Below, piece after piece: positions 12,137 through 24,300 of a stretch of DNA of 64,000 bases. The translations under genes and the position numbers were made by a program. Source of the stretch: Podarcis pityusensis. Taxonomy: Eukaryota. Positions within the stretch are counted from its first letter, which is position 1; each line of letters begins with the position of its first letter. The stretch lies in NCBI GenBank assembly GCA_964106645.2, contig OZ067047.1; one strand, 5' to 3'. The notes below the pieces were generated by a model, which made no database searches, was not told where the DNA came from, and was given only the letters and a program-made list of their open reading frames with translations.

Positions 12137-15100
12137 TCAGTAGCCCAGAACACTGTCGTTTTTATAAACAACTTTTCCTTTAACAATTACGTAGTCAATC
12201 AGTTCTTGGTGGCCGCCAAACTGGTAAATCAGGTGTTCCCATCTAAAGATTTTTAAAAGGTTACAATCATAATTTAGAAAAACAACAGCAATCTCTCATG
12301 TGCATAGGACTATTTGACACATGCAGAAGTTCAAAGGAGCTCAATCACTGTAACTGTTGATTGGCAGTTACAGGGAGCCCCTTTGAAGTCAGTTTGGGTT
12401 CAAACTACTTCCTCCAAACAAAGCAATTTTACCTCCGCAGTGGAAGAAATGCTCCATTTGGAGGAAGCAGTTTGAATGGAAACAGTTTCTTCTAAATTGA
12501 GATAGTAAGTCCCTCAGCTGCACTACAGAGCTCTCCACTAGGGTTACATGGCAGTGATCAACAGCACTAACAGGGAGCCAAGCTTGCAGAAAGAATAATT
12601 GGGAGCTCATATTAAGCTCCTGGTGGTTCTTTTGTAACTGCCCCATACCTAACATCACCTTCGACATCAGGAATGTGGCAAGAGGACTGTTTTAAAGCAT
12701 ATAGTTTTAACATAACATGTTGACTGATAAATAGAAAGCAGGAGCCAATTGCTATCAATTCATATGCCTGTTTTGAAAAGACATTGTGAATGTTTGTAGT
12801 CATTTATTTATATGCTGCCTTTTGGGGGCACAGCCTACTCAAGGTGGCTCATGGTATAGGTATATAAAAAAGCACAATAAACACAAATCTAAAATTGACA
12901 AGCACATCAACATTAAAATATACTTGAAAATATAGATCAGTTTAAATAAATAACAAAAACTGATGGTATGTTTAGTTCACAACAATATATGATATGAAAT
13001 TTGGGCTCTGGCATGGTGCCAGAAAATTGTTTCCTGAACAATTCAATGTTTATTTTTAAAGAACAACTTTCAACTGACATGGCTGTAAGAAAGACTGAAA
13101 GAAGTCTTAAGTGGGGGGTTAATAGCATATAAAAGTATGACTTTTTTGAAAAAGGATTGAGGTTTCCCTTTGTGTCTGGTCAATATGTTCTGTATTGGGA
13201 GAAGACTCAAATACTGCACTTGGATTGAGTAATTGCTCATCATAATGTCCCAAACATTGCAGTCCAAACTGCATGATGCATTTAATTTACGGTGGTACCT
13301 CTGGTTACATACTTAATTCATTCCGGAGGTCTGTTCTTCACCTGAAACTGTTCTTAACCTGAAGCACCACTTTAGCTAATGGGGCCTCCTGCTGCCACCG
13401 CGCGATTTCTGTTCTCATCCTGAAGCAAAGTTCTTAACCCGAGGTACTAATCTGGGTTAGCAGAGTCTGTAACCTGAAGTGTATGTAACCTGAGGTACCA
13501 CTGTTTTCCGAATGTTAGATTTTCATTCCAACTTATGCAGAGCATTAATTAGGCCTTTGAGAGCTATTTGCATCCTCACCTTGGTGAGTTGATGATAATG
13601 AGGTCTCCTTGCTTGCCAGTTTCTATGGAGCCATGCATGTGCGATTTCCCTAGAGCATAAGCTGCATTGATGGTAGCAGCAGCTAAAGCCTCTTTCATGG
13701 ACATCTTCATGTTTACACAGGCCAGGTGCATAACCATGAGCTAGTAAGAGAGAGGTAGTTAAGCCTGAAGTTACACATAGGTGCACAGAAACCAACAGTC
13801 TGTCAGCCATTGGAATTGCCATCTGAAAGCCTGAGTTCACTGTGATAGGTAAAATTAATTTAACTGTAACGGTCTTCAGCTGTTCTAACTGCAGGTGGGG
13901 CTGTGGAGACAAACTCACTAGCTCCCTGTTGCCTTCTGTGACCTGGAGATCAAACTCCATGGACTTTTGAGAATCCTGATTCTCCAAGGTTTTAAAAATG
14001 AGTGGGGGGACTTCACAAGCGCTGAAGGCCTCTGTTGCAGACAGTTGCCCTCTACAAGTTGACAAATGAATGGAAAGGTGATGTGTATGTTTATGTGGAA
14101 TGAGTATGCTTGTTTCTGCTGTCCGTATCTCATGCCTGAATAGGGCTCATGTCTGCAAGAAAGACAGGGCTTATCTGTGCTGAAAGCCAATATCCTGCTT
14201 GATAACCATCAGCTCCAAGCAGAAGCTGCTTTTCAATGGCCAGAGTTCATGTGTGAATTCAATAGTGTGTGTATTTAAATTCATGTGATCTACTCAACTG
14301 TCCTGCTAGTACAGAAAATTAAATAGGATTCCCAAGGAATCAAGGCAATAATCAATACTCCAAGCCTGACACTCAAACTGACAGAAGAAAATTAACATTA
14401 ATTTTGCATCTGCTCTAAAGAAACATCTTACCATAGAACAGCAATAAGCATTTGGGTTAAAATCACTGCCAAGAGCAACAATCACTCCTTCTTTTAACAT
14501 TTTTCTAGCTTGAGGCTGCTTTAATCTGCAAAGTAAAAGAAAACAATGGTTACTACCATTTGAATTGCAATGTAAAATTCAGCAAACCACTTCAGCAATA
14601 TTATATGATTCTATCAGAATCCAGGAGAGGGAGATATGAAAAGAGAGAGATGAGACTGTAGGTCCCTAAATTGTCACTTATAATCAGCTATTCCATGAGG
14701 TTATGCTTAAAATTCTACAAGGCAGGCTTAAGCAGTATGTGGACCGAGAACTCCCAGAAGTGCAAGCTGGATTTCGAAGGGGCAGAGGAACCAGAGACCA
14801 AATTGCAAACATGTGCTGGATTATGGAGAAAGCTAGAGAGTTCCAGAAAGACATCTACTTCTGCTTCATTGACTATGCAAAAGCCTTTGACTGTGTCGAC
14901 CACAGCAAACTATGGCAAGTTCTTAAAGAAATGGGAGTGCCTGATCACCTCATCTGTCTCCTGAGAAATCTCTATGTGGGACAAGAAGCTACAGTTAGAA
15001 CTGGATATGGAACAACTGATTGGTTCAAAATTGGGAAAGGAGTACGACAAGGCTGTATATTGTCTCCCTGCTTATTTAACTTATATGCAGAATTCATCAT

Positions 15101-17105
15101 GCAAAAGGCTGGGCTGGATGAATCCCAAGCCAGAATTAAGATTGCTGGAAGAAATATCAACAACCTCAGATATGCAGATGACACAACCTTGATGGCAGAA
15201 AGTGAGGAGGAATTAAAGAACCTTTTAATGAGGGTGAAAGAGGAGAGCGCAAAATATGGTCTGAAGCTCAACATCAGAAAAACGAAGATCATGGCCACTT
15301 GCCCATTTGCCCATCACCTCCTGGCAAATAGAAGGGGAAGAAATGGAGGCAGTGAGAGATTTTACTTTCTTGGGCTCCATGATCACTGCAGATGGTGACA
15401 GCAGTCACGAAATTAAAAGACGCCTGCTTCTTGGGAGAAAAGCAATGACAAACCTAGACAGCATCTTAAAAAGCAGAGGCATCACCTTGCCAACAAAGGT
15501 CCGTATAGTAAAAGCCATGGTTTTCCCAGTAGTGATGTATGGAAGTGAGAACTGGACCATAAAGAAGGCTGATCGCCGAAGAATTGATGCTTTTGAACTG
15601 TGGTGCTGGAGGAGACTCTTGAGAGTCCCATGGACTGCAAGAAAATCAAACGTATCCATTCTTAAGGAAATCAGCCCTGAGTGCTCACTGGAAGGACAGA
15701 TCGTGAAGCTGAGGCTCCAATACTTTGGCCACCTCATGAGAAGAGAAGACTCCCTGGAAAAGACCCTGATGTTGGGAAAGATTGAGGGCACAAGAAGAAG
15801 GGGACGACAGAGGACAAGATGGTTAGACAGCGTCCTCGAAGCTACAAGCATGAGTCTGACCAAACTGCGGGAGGCAGTGGAAGATAGGAGTGCCTGGCGT
15901 GCTCTGGTCCATGGAGTCACGAAGAGTCGGACACGACTAAACAACTAAACAACAACAACAACAATTCCATGAGGAGGGAGAGAGATTGAACTACAAAGCT
16001 TCTCCATCGGCTCTAATAAAAGACCGGCAACTTTTTGCAGGCTTGGAGGATCACTCTTAGCAGCAGTTGTTCAGTGGATGCATTCTTTCAAAAGATAATA
16101 CGTATTTTCCCAAAGGAATAGCAAATAACAGTAAAATACAGCCTAGCAATACATATTAGAATTATGATTACCTCAGTATATAAGCAGTGGTTGGTAAGAG
16201 GACAGCTGCACACTTCGCCTGGGCCATTGCAGCAATACCTTCATCGCTGATTTCTTCTAGATGACTGACAGCCTGAGCTCCTAGCTCAGCTCCAAGCTAA
16301 ACAGATGCCAAGGCAAGGTTTGAATTAAAAGTCAGTCGCATAAGAACCTCCCTTATCCGTAAGGCTGCACACACAATAACCTGTTTATATAGCACAAAAA
16401 TGCAGTTCTCCTCAACCAGAATCATTTATGCTCAGCTTCAACTTGCTGCTTTCAATCTAGATTGAAGTGGGGCTTAATGCAGTAGTGTAACCAGAGCCCT
16501 GCTACTCACACCAGTCGGAATGGAAAGGAGGGTTGGGGGGAAATCTATTTGCTGCACCAGCCCGGGCAGCAAAGAAGCTTGGATCATGCCCTGTACCATC
16601 ATGTGACAGCAGCAGGCCTGGCTCAGAATCCAGCAGATCCTGTGCTGGCTCAGCACAGACCCTTCACTGCCCTGAAACACCCCATTTCGGGGGTTAACAC
16701 TGGTTACTGCCAGTAGCAGCTTCCACCTGCCTGGGCAGGAGAATTGAGGCATTTATAAATGCTACAGCTCCCCTCCCAGTGGGAGCAGGCAGGACTGGGA
16801 AGAGGGACAACTATGACACTTCCAAATCCCCTCCAGCATGGCAGGCCAGGCATCGGGTTTGTTCATCCTGTCTTGGCAGAGTGGCTAGGGCGACCCAGTA
16901 AGGTGGGCCAGGTACGCAGTGGTGAAGCTAGCTGCTCCAGTACCCGGAGCGGCGTGCACCTGTGGGCGGTGTAAGTGTCCCAGGGGGTGTGCCGCCTGCA
17001 CCAAGTGTCCTGGGGGGGTGGTGCGGCGATGTCACCCCCCCTCAGGGGTGACACCTGGGGTGGGCCATACCCACCTTGCTCCACCTCTGCACGTACGAAT
17101 AGTAA

Positions 17106-17140
<35 letters not shown>

Positions 17141-20100
17141 CAATAATAATAATAAATACTATAGAATTAGCAGTTATAACTACATTGTAATCACCACTGG
17201 TGAAACAAAAGTACCCTATGAAAGATATTAAAGACACAAACATTAACTATTAAAATGTGTATGTGTATCTAGCAATGTTATCGCTAATGAAAGAGTTCGT
17301 CAGATGCTCCTCTTTTTATTTTACATCACAAGGAAAAGATAAGCAAAGTCAATGTTTGAATGGATGTAAAAAGCAAAGGTCAGAAAGTCCATCTCGCTAA
17401 CTCCATCAACCTCACATTTTCTTTTAACTTAGGTACTGCAGAAATAAAGAACTGTGCTGTGGTGCTTCCAATACGCTAACGCCAAATCAGAATTCGTGTA
17501 AGATTTTTCCTTCAGTGAAGACAACCACCTTGGCTGTGAGTGCTGGAAGACCTGTTCCCTGCCTTGCAGGTCTTTTTCCGCCTGGGCAGGGCCCTGACTG
17601 ACTCCAGCTACAAAAGCTGAGGCTGCCAAACAGATTCTTGGGGTGGGGTGTTGTTGGTTTTGGGGGGTTGTTGCTGTTGGGTGAGGTTTTTTGTATCTTT
17701 ATTTTAAATTTTGGTGTGATTTGTGTGGTAATTATTCAGTTTGGTTGTGCGTGTTTTTAAATTTTTCTTTATTGTTTATTACTATTTTGGTTATGTTGTG
17801 GTATGTATTTTTCATGTTGTAAGCTGCCTAGGGCATAGTTTGAGCTGTGGAAAGGTGACATACAAATAAAATTATGTAATATATCAATATAAGTACCTCA
17901 GCGCTTTTCATTGGATGCAGTTCATCCCCATGGAAGTTGATCTGTAACCCTAAATCTTTCCCAGCCTGAAGAATTCTTCGGGTCGAAGGCAGATCAAAGA
18001 CTCCCTTCTCACAGAAAACATCTATATTATCAATATGAATTTCACCATTAAGCTCCAGTTGCTTCAGTTTAGGAAGGTGGATGCTAACAATATCATCTGT
18101 GGCTTCAATGGCACTTTCCCCCCTATTCAACAGACAATGCAACAAAAACCAAAAGATTAAGTTTTCATGTGGCCTGCAAAAGTTTTAGGGTGGTCTCACT
18201 GTTTTACAACCAGTGCATATCCCGTATAAAAATCCTTTAAATTTTTATATCGCAAATGTTCTCATTTATTTTTGCCCTGCTTTTGTTGCGCTGTAGCCCC
18301 TCTGGATAGCAATAACGTGGGAAACCACTGAAGCACAAACTAAAGCAGAATAAACCCACGACTAATGCACTATTATTATGCTAAGAATATGATGCAGGAT
18401 AGGTAAAGGTAAAGGTACCCCGCCCGTGCGGGCCAGTCGTGTCCGACTCTAGGGTTGTGCGCTCATCTCACTTAAGAGGCCGGGAGCCAGCACTGTCCAG
18501 AGACACTTCCGGGTCACGTGGCCAGCGTGACGAAGCTGCTCTGGCGAGCCAGCACCAGCGCAGCACACGGAAGCGCCGTTTACCTTCCCGCTATATAAAG
18601 CGGTACCTATTTATCGACTTGCACTTAGGGGTGCTTTCGAACTGCTAGGTGGGCAGGAGCTGGGACCGAAAGACGGGAGCTCACCCCGCCGCGGGGATTC
18701 GAACTGCTGACCATACGATCGGCAAGTCCTAGGCACTGAGGTTTTACCCACAGCGCCACCCGCGTCCCATGATGCAGGATACACCCACATAAAACACCAG
18801 TCTGGAGGGGGAGCAGACTCTGGCCCTTTGTGGATAACTTAGTTGTTTAAAGGGCCATCCCTCTGGCCTGAAATCCAGGGCTACTTTCTGGTGGGCTCCC
18901 TACATGGCTGGGCTTGTGAGCTACCTTGGGAGGCATTTTGTTCCTCCCATGCAGCAGAAGCTGCCCCTGAGGGTCCAGGCTTTGACTCCACAGGCCCTGA
19001 TGCTATGGAAGGTTGTTCCACAGGTTCCTGCCTGCCAGATTCTATGTCAGAGATTTATTCCCCCCTTAAACAATATCTTTCTCTTTTAAGTTCAAGATTC
19101 CCTTTCTATGTTCCAGCTGATTTTGAAAGAGGTTAGGGTAACATTGCAAATGCAAGTGGTGCCTTAAACTTCCTCTCGCTGTGTTCTCCTCCGTCACATC
19201 TGAATTAAATAATAATAATTCTTCTCCCTCAGATGCTTTACAGGAAATGTCAGGCACATCTCAGGCTTTGCACTTTCCCTCAGTCTTCATTATGCTTGAA
19301 TATTCTCTTGGGGCACTTCCACACATCACTCTAATAGTAGATGGCAAACAGAAGCACTGCAAGAATTAGGTATGTTCTGTTTTGCAGAAGAACTGTTCAA
19401 CGAGTGACCCAATTAATCTTCAATTGTGTTCTAGCACAGCGCTTAAAATGACAAGAGAGAATAGGTACATTACTTAGGAACAGAATGAGCTCCGCAGTAA
19501 GTAGAGGAAATGCCTATGTCCAACTCCCGCCGAGCCCGTTCAATCACTCTCAGCATCTTAACTTCCGTTTCCAGGTTTAACCCATATCCACTTTTGCATT
19601 CAACCAAAGTGGAGCCTGCTCTGAGCATGCGTAGCAGCCGGTGCCTGAAGCTGCTGAAGAGCTCATCTTCTAAGGCACTCCGAGTGTGCTCCACGGTGAA
19701 ATGTATCCCTCCTCCTGCTTGATGAATATCCATATAGGAAGCTCCTGCCAACTTTAAAACAAAGTTATCTGTTAAACATGTGATAATGGGCAAACTATAC
19801 CCCTCATGCAATGAAATCCCAGAAGTGCAATGGCTCTCCAAAAGTGCCCTGGTAGGGGAAGGATCACAGCTCAGTGGCAGAACAGTTGCTTTGAATGCAG
19901 AAGTTTCCAGGTTGCATCCCTAGCATCTCCCGGTAGACAGCCCTTTCTGAAACCATGGAGAAACAATGAGGGTCACATTAGACACTACTGAGCTAAATGA
20001 GCCAATGGTCTGGTTCTGCGTAAGGCAGATTCCTTCCCATGTTCTTATTAGAGATCGATTTGCATCCAAGAAGGGGCTGGAATGAAGATATTTGTGCCTT

Positions 20101-23046
20101 TTACAGAAGAAGAGACTTTAATAATAATAATAATAATATATTTATATCCGGCCCATCTAGCTGAGAATCCCCAGCCACTCTGGGCGGCTCCCAGTTGAGT
20201 GTTAAAAACAATACAGCATTAAATATTAAAAACTTCCCTAAACAGGGCTGTCTTCAGATGTCTTTTAAAAATAGGATAGCTGCTTATTTCCATGGCATCT
20301 GATGGGAGGACGTTCAACAGGGTGGGTGCCACTACCGAGAAGGCCCTCTGTCTGGTTCCCTGTAACCTCACTTCTCGCAATGAGGGAACCGCCAGAAGGC
20401 CCTCGGCGCTGGATCTCAGTGTCTGGCTGAACGATGGGGGTGGAGACGCTCCTTCAGGTATACAGGACCAAGGCCGTTTAGGTCTTTAAAGGTCAGCGCC
20501 AACACCTTATGGAAACTTTAATCAAGAGTAAAGGAAGGTAGACACAGGTAAAAGAAATCCTTTGCAATTACAGTATGTAAGTTTACCTTCATTGCAAACT
20601 CATGGACTCTGTCACCAGCCCATACAGGATGTGTGTGTGCATCTACCAGACCTGTTTTTTAAAAAAACAAAAACAAAAACAAACACAGCAAACTGCACAA
20701 TCTCAGACATATCCACTAGGAAACAAAATCAGGAAACATTAGCAGTTAATAATTTTATTTATGCGCCCTTGGAGGAACATTATCAAAAAGCATGATCCTT
20801 CAGTATATAAAATGCTATTATGAGCCAGTGTGGTGTAGTGATTAGAGCACTGGACTAGGTCCTGGGAGACCAGGGTTCAAATTCCCAGTCAGACATAAAG
20901 CTCACTGGGTCGTTCACCATCCCTCTGGCTAACATACATCACAGGGGTGTTGTGATGATGAAAAGAAGAAGAAGAAGGGGAGAACCATGTATGCCACTTT
21001 CTGCTTTGCTGACTTTGGGCTGGCTATCGAGAGAAACCCAGACCTAGACAAGATGAAACCTGAAATCAGATTCAGCAGGACTCTTCACATACGGTACTCT
21101 TTCTCTTGGGATTTCCTGGGATTTTGACTGGAATGCTTCCAGATGGGAGCTTGGTCTTTTATTCTATGTCATTGACCCTGTGCCTTCAAAAGCTGCCTGA
21201 AATACAAACATTGAGCAACAGACATTTTCTCCACCTCTCACTTCCAGCAGGCCAAAAAAATATTTTAAAAATCAGATGCTTAATTTCTGAATACCGTACT
21301 GCTGTTGACATGCACCAAAGCAGGATCAGGATCTGCTAAACTGCACCTTTCCTGCAAGGAACTCAGCAAAGCGTACGAAGCCCCTTCCCCTTTATCTTCA
21401 CATCAACCCTGTGAGGTAGGTTAGGCTGGGAGAGACTGTGAGGCAGCAACTGAAGGTCATTCTGAAAGATTTGTGGCTGTAATTGCAAAAAGCGCCCCAA
21501 AACTTAATTGTTTAAGGGAAGGGAGATGTTCCCCTAAAAATCTCAATAACTTTGACCCCCCCAGCTCACTTTTCACTTTGGGGAATACGGCAACCCTATG
21601 TTAGGCACTAACTTGCACGGACTTTTTGATAAGATATGGTGACGACTGACAACCTTATTTCTAAACTGAGCTTTGCTTAAACTTCAGCGGCTAGTTGTAC
21701 TGATTCAGCATACCCATTACTAGCCAATTATGTGGGGCTGTCCCATTGTCCATGCTAGATCAAACAGCACTTTGGAAAGAAGTAGGGTCATAGACTTAAG
21801 TTTCTCAAAATCCAGGCTAATGGCTATGTGCACACCATATGTTTAAAGCACACCCCTCCCACAAAGAATCATGGGAAGTGTAGTTTACCACACACAGAGC
21901 TATAGTACACAGTCAATACTTATTTTCTTCAGAAGCTCCCCAGCTCCTTGTCCCCACTTCTGTGCTAAGGTAGCCCAGTGGGGGAGCCATCACATTTTAT
22001 TCCAAAGGAAAATAATTCAGAGGATGTTAGACTAACTAAAGCTAACATCTCTGCCTACATAAATATTGCATCTTTCTGCTTGGTGTGTTGAACTCTGAAA
22101 TATTAGACACCAACCTGGTAAGATGCATTTTCCTGAACAATCAATGACTTTTTCAAAAGACGCTCCTGAAAATTGCTTGCGAATGGCTCTTGAGTCGCCC
22201 ACAGCCTTTATACAACCGTCTCTGAAAATAAACCGACCAAAATGCTTACCATTAATTTTTATACCCCGATCTAAAACTTATTTTCTGAAGCAAATGTACT
22301 TAAAACTTAAACCAATGTCTTCTTTAGTAAGTTATTTAGCTAGCATCATTGTTGGATTCTTCAGTGTAGACAGGAAATTAAAATTCATTAACTGTCACAT
22401 TGTTACTTGTCCAAAGTAACTAACAACTTAGTTCAGGGGTCAGCAACCTTTTTCAGCCATGTGGTGGGCCAGACTATATTTTGAAAAAAAATATGAAAGA
22501 ATTCCTATGCCCCACAAATAACCCAGTGATGCATTTAAAATAAAAGGACACATTCTACTCATGTAAAAACATGCTGATTCCCGGACTGTCCGTGGACCAG
22601 ATTGAGAAGGTGATTGGGCCACCAAGCCTTAGGTTGCCTACCCCTGACTTAGTTCATTGGCTATAAGAAAGTTAATCTTTTTTTTATTTCAAGAGTATAC
22701 GTTTTGGTCAGCTGGTGGCTGTCAGAAGAGAGACAGAAAATAATTTTGTTTTATTTTTTCTGTAAAAACTTCATTTATTTTCCTGTCGTTAGAGAAGGTC
22801 AGTACAAAAACAAACTAACAGAAACCTTCCCATTGGAGAGAGAGTCTGCTGGAGAGGCTCCCCCCCGCCCCCAGCAAGCAACACCCCCCCTCCCGGGAGA
22901 TTCACTTACTTGCCAATCACCACGCTGCCGTTTTCCAGCACGGCCAGATGTTGCATGCCAGCTTCCAGGAGGTATTTCTCACCTTTGGTGCAGACAAGCA
23001 CCAGCTGTTGGGCGCCTTCAAGCCGGAGCTTATACTCACCAGCCAT
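12137..23046 (-). CDS. AMDHD1: Imidazolonepropionase (amidohydrolase domain-containing 1), complete, 9 coding exons, 432 aa
   Basis: Exons on - strand: 23046-22910, 22221-22115, 20651-20587, 19751-19474, 18122-17897, 16296-16172, 14525-14432, 13740-13580, 12242-12137 (TGA); total 1299 nt, all GT-AG. Motifs are intact: PGLVDAHTHPVWAGDRVHEF, GGGIHFTV, ECKSGYGL, GAHSVP, DVFCEKGVF, FHGDE, SHLEE, ALGSDFNP. Confidence 0.98.
13290..13503. mobile_element. Tc1/mariner(Tigger)-type MITE, CAGTGGTACC family
   Basis: Ends CGGTGGTACCTC ... GAGGTACCACTG, TA on the left; body shared with 28146-28387, 47006-47220 and 52639-52773. Confidence 0.8.
14701..15963 (+). mobile_element. BovB (RTE-clade) LINE, 5'-truncated, in AMDHD1 intron 6 (antisense to the gene)
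   Basis: RT motifs QAGFR, FIDYAKAFD, GVRQGCILSP, LRYADD, then LQYFGH and KSRTRL. (CAA)n tail. 11-bp TSD ATTCCATGAGG at 14690-14700 and 15964-15974. One frameshift near 15300. Confidence 0.95.
17104..17157. repeat. (TAA)n microsatellite
   Basis: Long, slightly interrupted TAA run. Confidence 0.9.
18402..18768 (-). mobile_element. Sauria SINE, full length
   Basis: Minus-strand 5' end GGGACGCGGGTGGCGCTGTGG (A box), B box GTTCGAATCC, (ACCTTT)n tail; 13-bp TSD ATGATGCAGGATA at 18389-18401 and 18769-18781. Confidence 0.92.
19853..20045 (+). mobile_element. tRNA-derived SINE
   Basis: A-box-like AGCTCAGTGG and B-box-like GGTTGCATCCC; related minus-strand remnants near 45570-45650 and 53830-53900. 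Confidence 0.55.
20119..20508 (-). mobile_element. 3' end of an L2/CR1-group LINE with (TAA)n tail
   Basis: Starts with (TAA)n; minus strand reads ..RAFSVVAPTLLN.., typical of L2-like ORF2 C-termini; family name from recollection. Confidence 0.6.
20822..20995 (+). mobile_element. tRNA-derived SINE (MIR/Squam-like)
   Basis: A box TGGTGTAGTG, B box GGTTCAAATTCC; related copies near 11275-11480 (-), 34535-34945, 46040-46135 and 54790-54965 (-). Confidence 0.6.
22434..22646. mobile_element. hAT-type MITE
   Basis: TIR CAGGGGTCAGCAACCT / AGGTTGCCTACCCCTG; 8-bp TSD ACTTAGTT; same family as 51906-52156. Confidence 0.88.
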
Positions 23047-23899
23047 GTTGCTCTTTCCAGACAGATACAAAAGAGCTTGGGAAGTCTGGGGCTGGCCCAG
23101 ACAGCGTCAACAGGGCAGGGAGAACGCTCACGAGTTTCCCAGGGCAAGGTCTTTCTCTTTCCTCCTGGAATCGTCATCATTTCTCTTAGTTGGCAGTTTT
23201 CACCCAAAACAAGCAAACACACATGGGGGGTGGGGTGGGGGCTTGGACTGTACAGAATTCAAAATGAGGTGGTGCTGTTCTGAGGTGGTTATACTGAATG
23301 GACCCCTAGCTATTTCAATTGTAGGTAGGGGAATCTCATTTTTAATGCTCCCCAATAGTCCAAATGATGCTTTGGACTCCCATCAACTGCAGCCAGAATG
23401 GCAAATGACAAAGGATGATGCAAATATAAAAAACATCCCAGTGGCGGCCGGGCATCAGTATAAGGCTTAGCTGGTGGGTCACATGTCAAGCTGTGAAGCG
23501 CGATTGAGTGCAATCGGAAAAGCCTGAGATAAATTTGCATCGGGCAGTAAAACTAGGCTTGCCTTACGTCAGGGAAGAGTTTAAAATCTCTAATTTTGGG
23601 CTAGGTTTTTGGGGTTTTTTTGGGCAGTGTGAGAGTAGATGGCAATTACTTTCCCGTACAATAACATTCTGCACATGCTCAGAGGCACTTTTCATTATGT
23701 CCTGTTTTAGATATAGCATCTAAAGCAGACCCTGGGGACTGAGCTTTGGCTCCCGTTAAGCCTTCATAAGATAAACAATTTTGGTGGTTTCCTTAAAAAA
23801 AAAGCTCAACCATTTTGAGGGTGTCAGGAAATATGGCAACCCTAAGCAAAACGGCAATGCTATGCATGTTCGGGTGGAAGGAAGGAAGGAGGCAAATGT

Positions 23900-24300
23900 G
23901 GAACTCTTCACTCAGACATGTGCACAGCGTCGGTGCATTGGAGGAGTAGGCCAGCTCCGCTTCCACCCCAGCGGTGTTTGGCGTGGCGCGAAGAAAAGTC
24001 TCGGCAAGCTCCTTGCAAGCTGCCAAGGCGCGCGCGGCCTCGCGCAGGGGTGGGCGGAGCTGCGTTTGCTTCCCGCCTCGCGCTGCCGGGGGGCCTCTTC
24101 TTCCCAACCGCCTTCACAGTCCGGGAGGCGCCGTGGCTGCGGTGGCGGCTCTCGCATGTCTTTAGCTACCTCCTCCGACTGCCCGGGCGCTCTCCGGTAA
24201 GGAGGAAGTCAGACTTCTCGAAGAAAGGGCAGGGGCTGCATTTGGGGAGGTTTGGGGTGCAGCCGCTGTGCGGTGCATTGGTTCCTGCCTTCGCCCAGTT
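23900..24300. promoter_or_regulatory. CpG island / probable bidirectional promoter of AMDHD1 and CCDC38, with a probable CCDC38 non-coding first exon ending at 24196
   Basis: Dense CpG, GC-rich stretch between two divergent genes; GC box-like GGGTGGGCGGAG; donor CCG|GTAAGG at 24196/24197. Confidence 0.7.

Noticed and set aside
14972-15944. Long minus-strand ORFs (108 and 179 aa)
   Set aside because: Antisense shadows of the BovB RT frame.
16480-17089. GC-rich possible hAT element in AMDHD1 intron 5
   Set aside because: Ends are only weakly complementary and I found no TSD, so it is not listed as a feature.
1-23046. Bacterial hut operon or recent horizontal gene transfer
   Set aside because: Both genes are intron-rich vertebrate orthologues in conserved synteny and are convergent, not co-transcribed.
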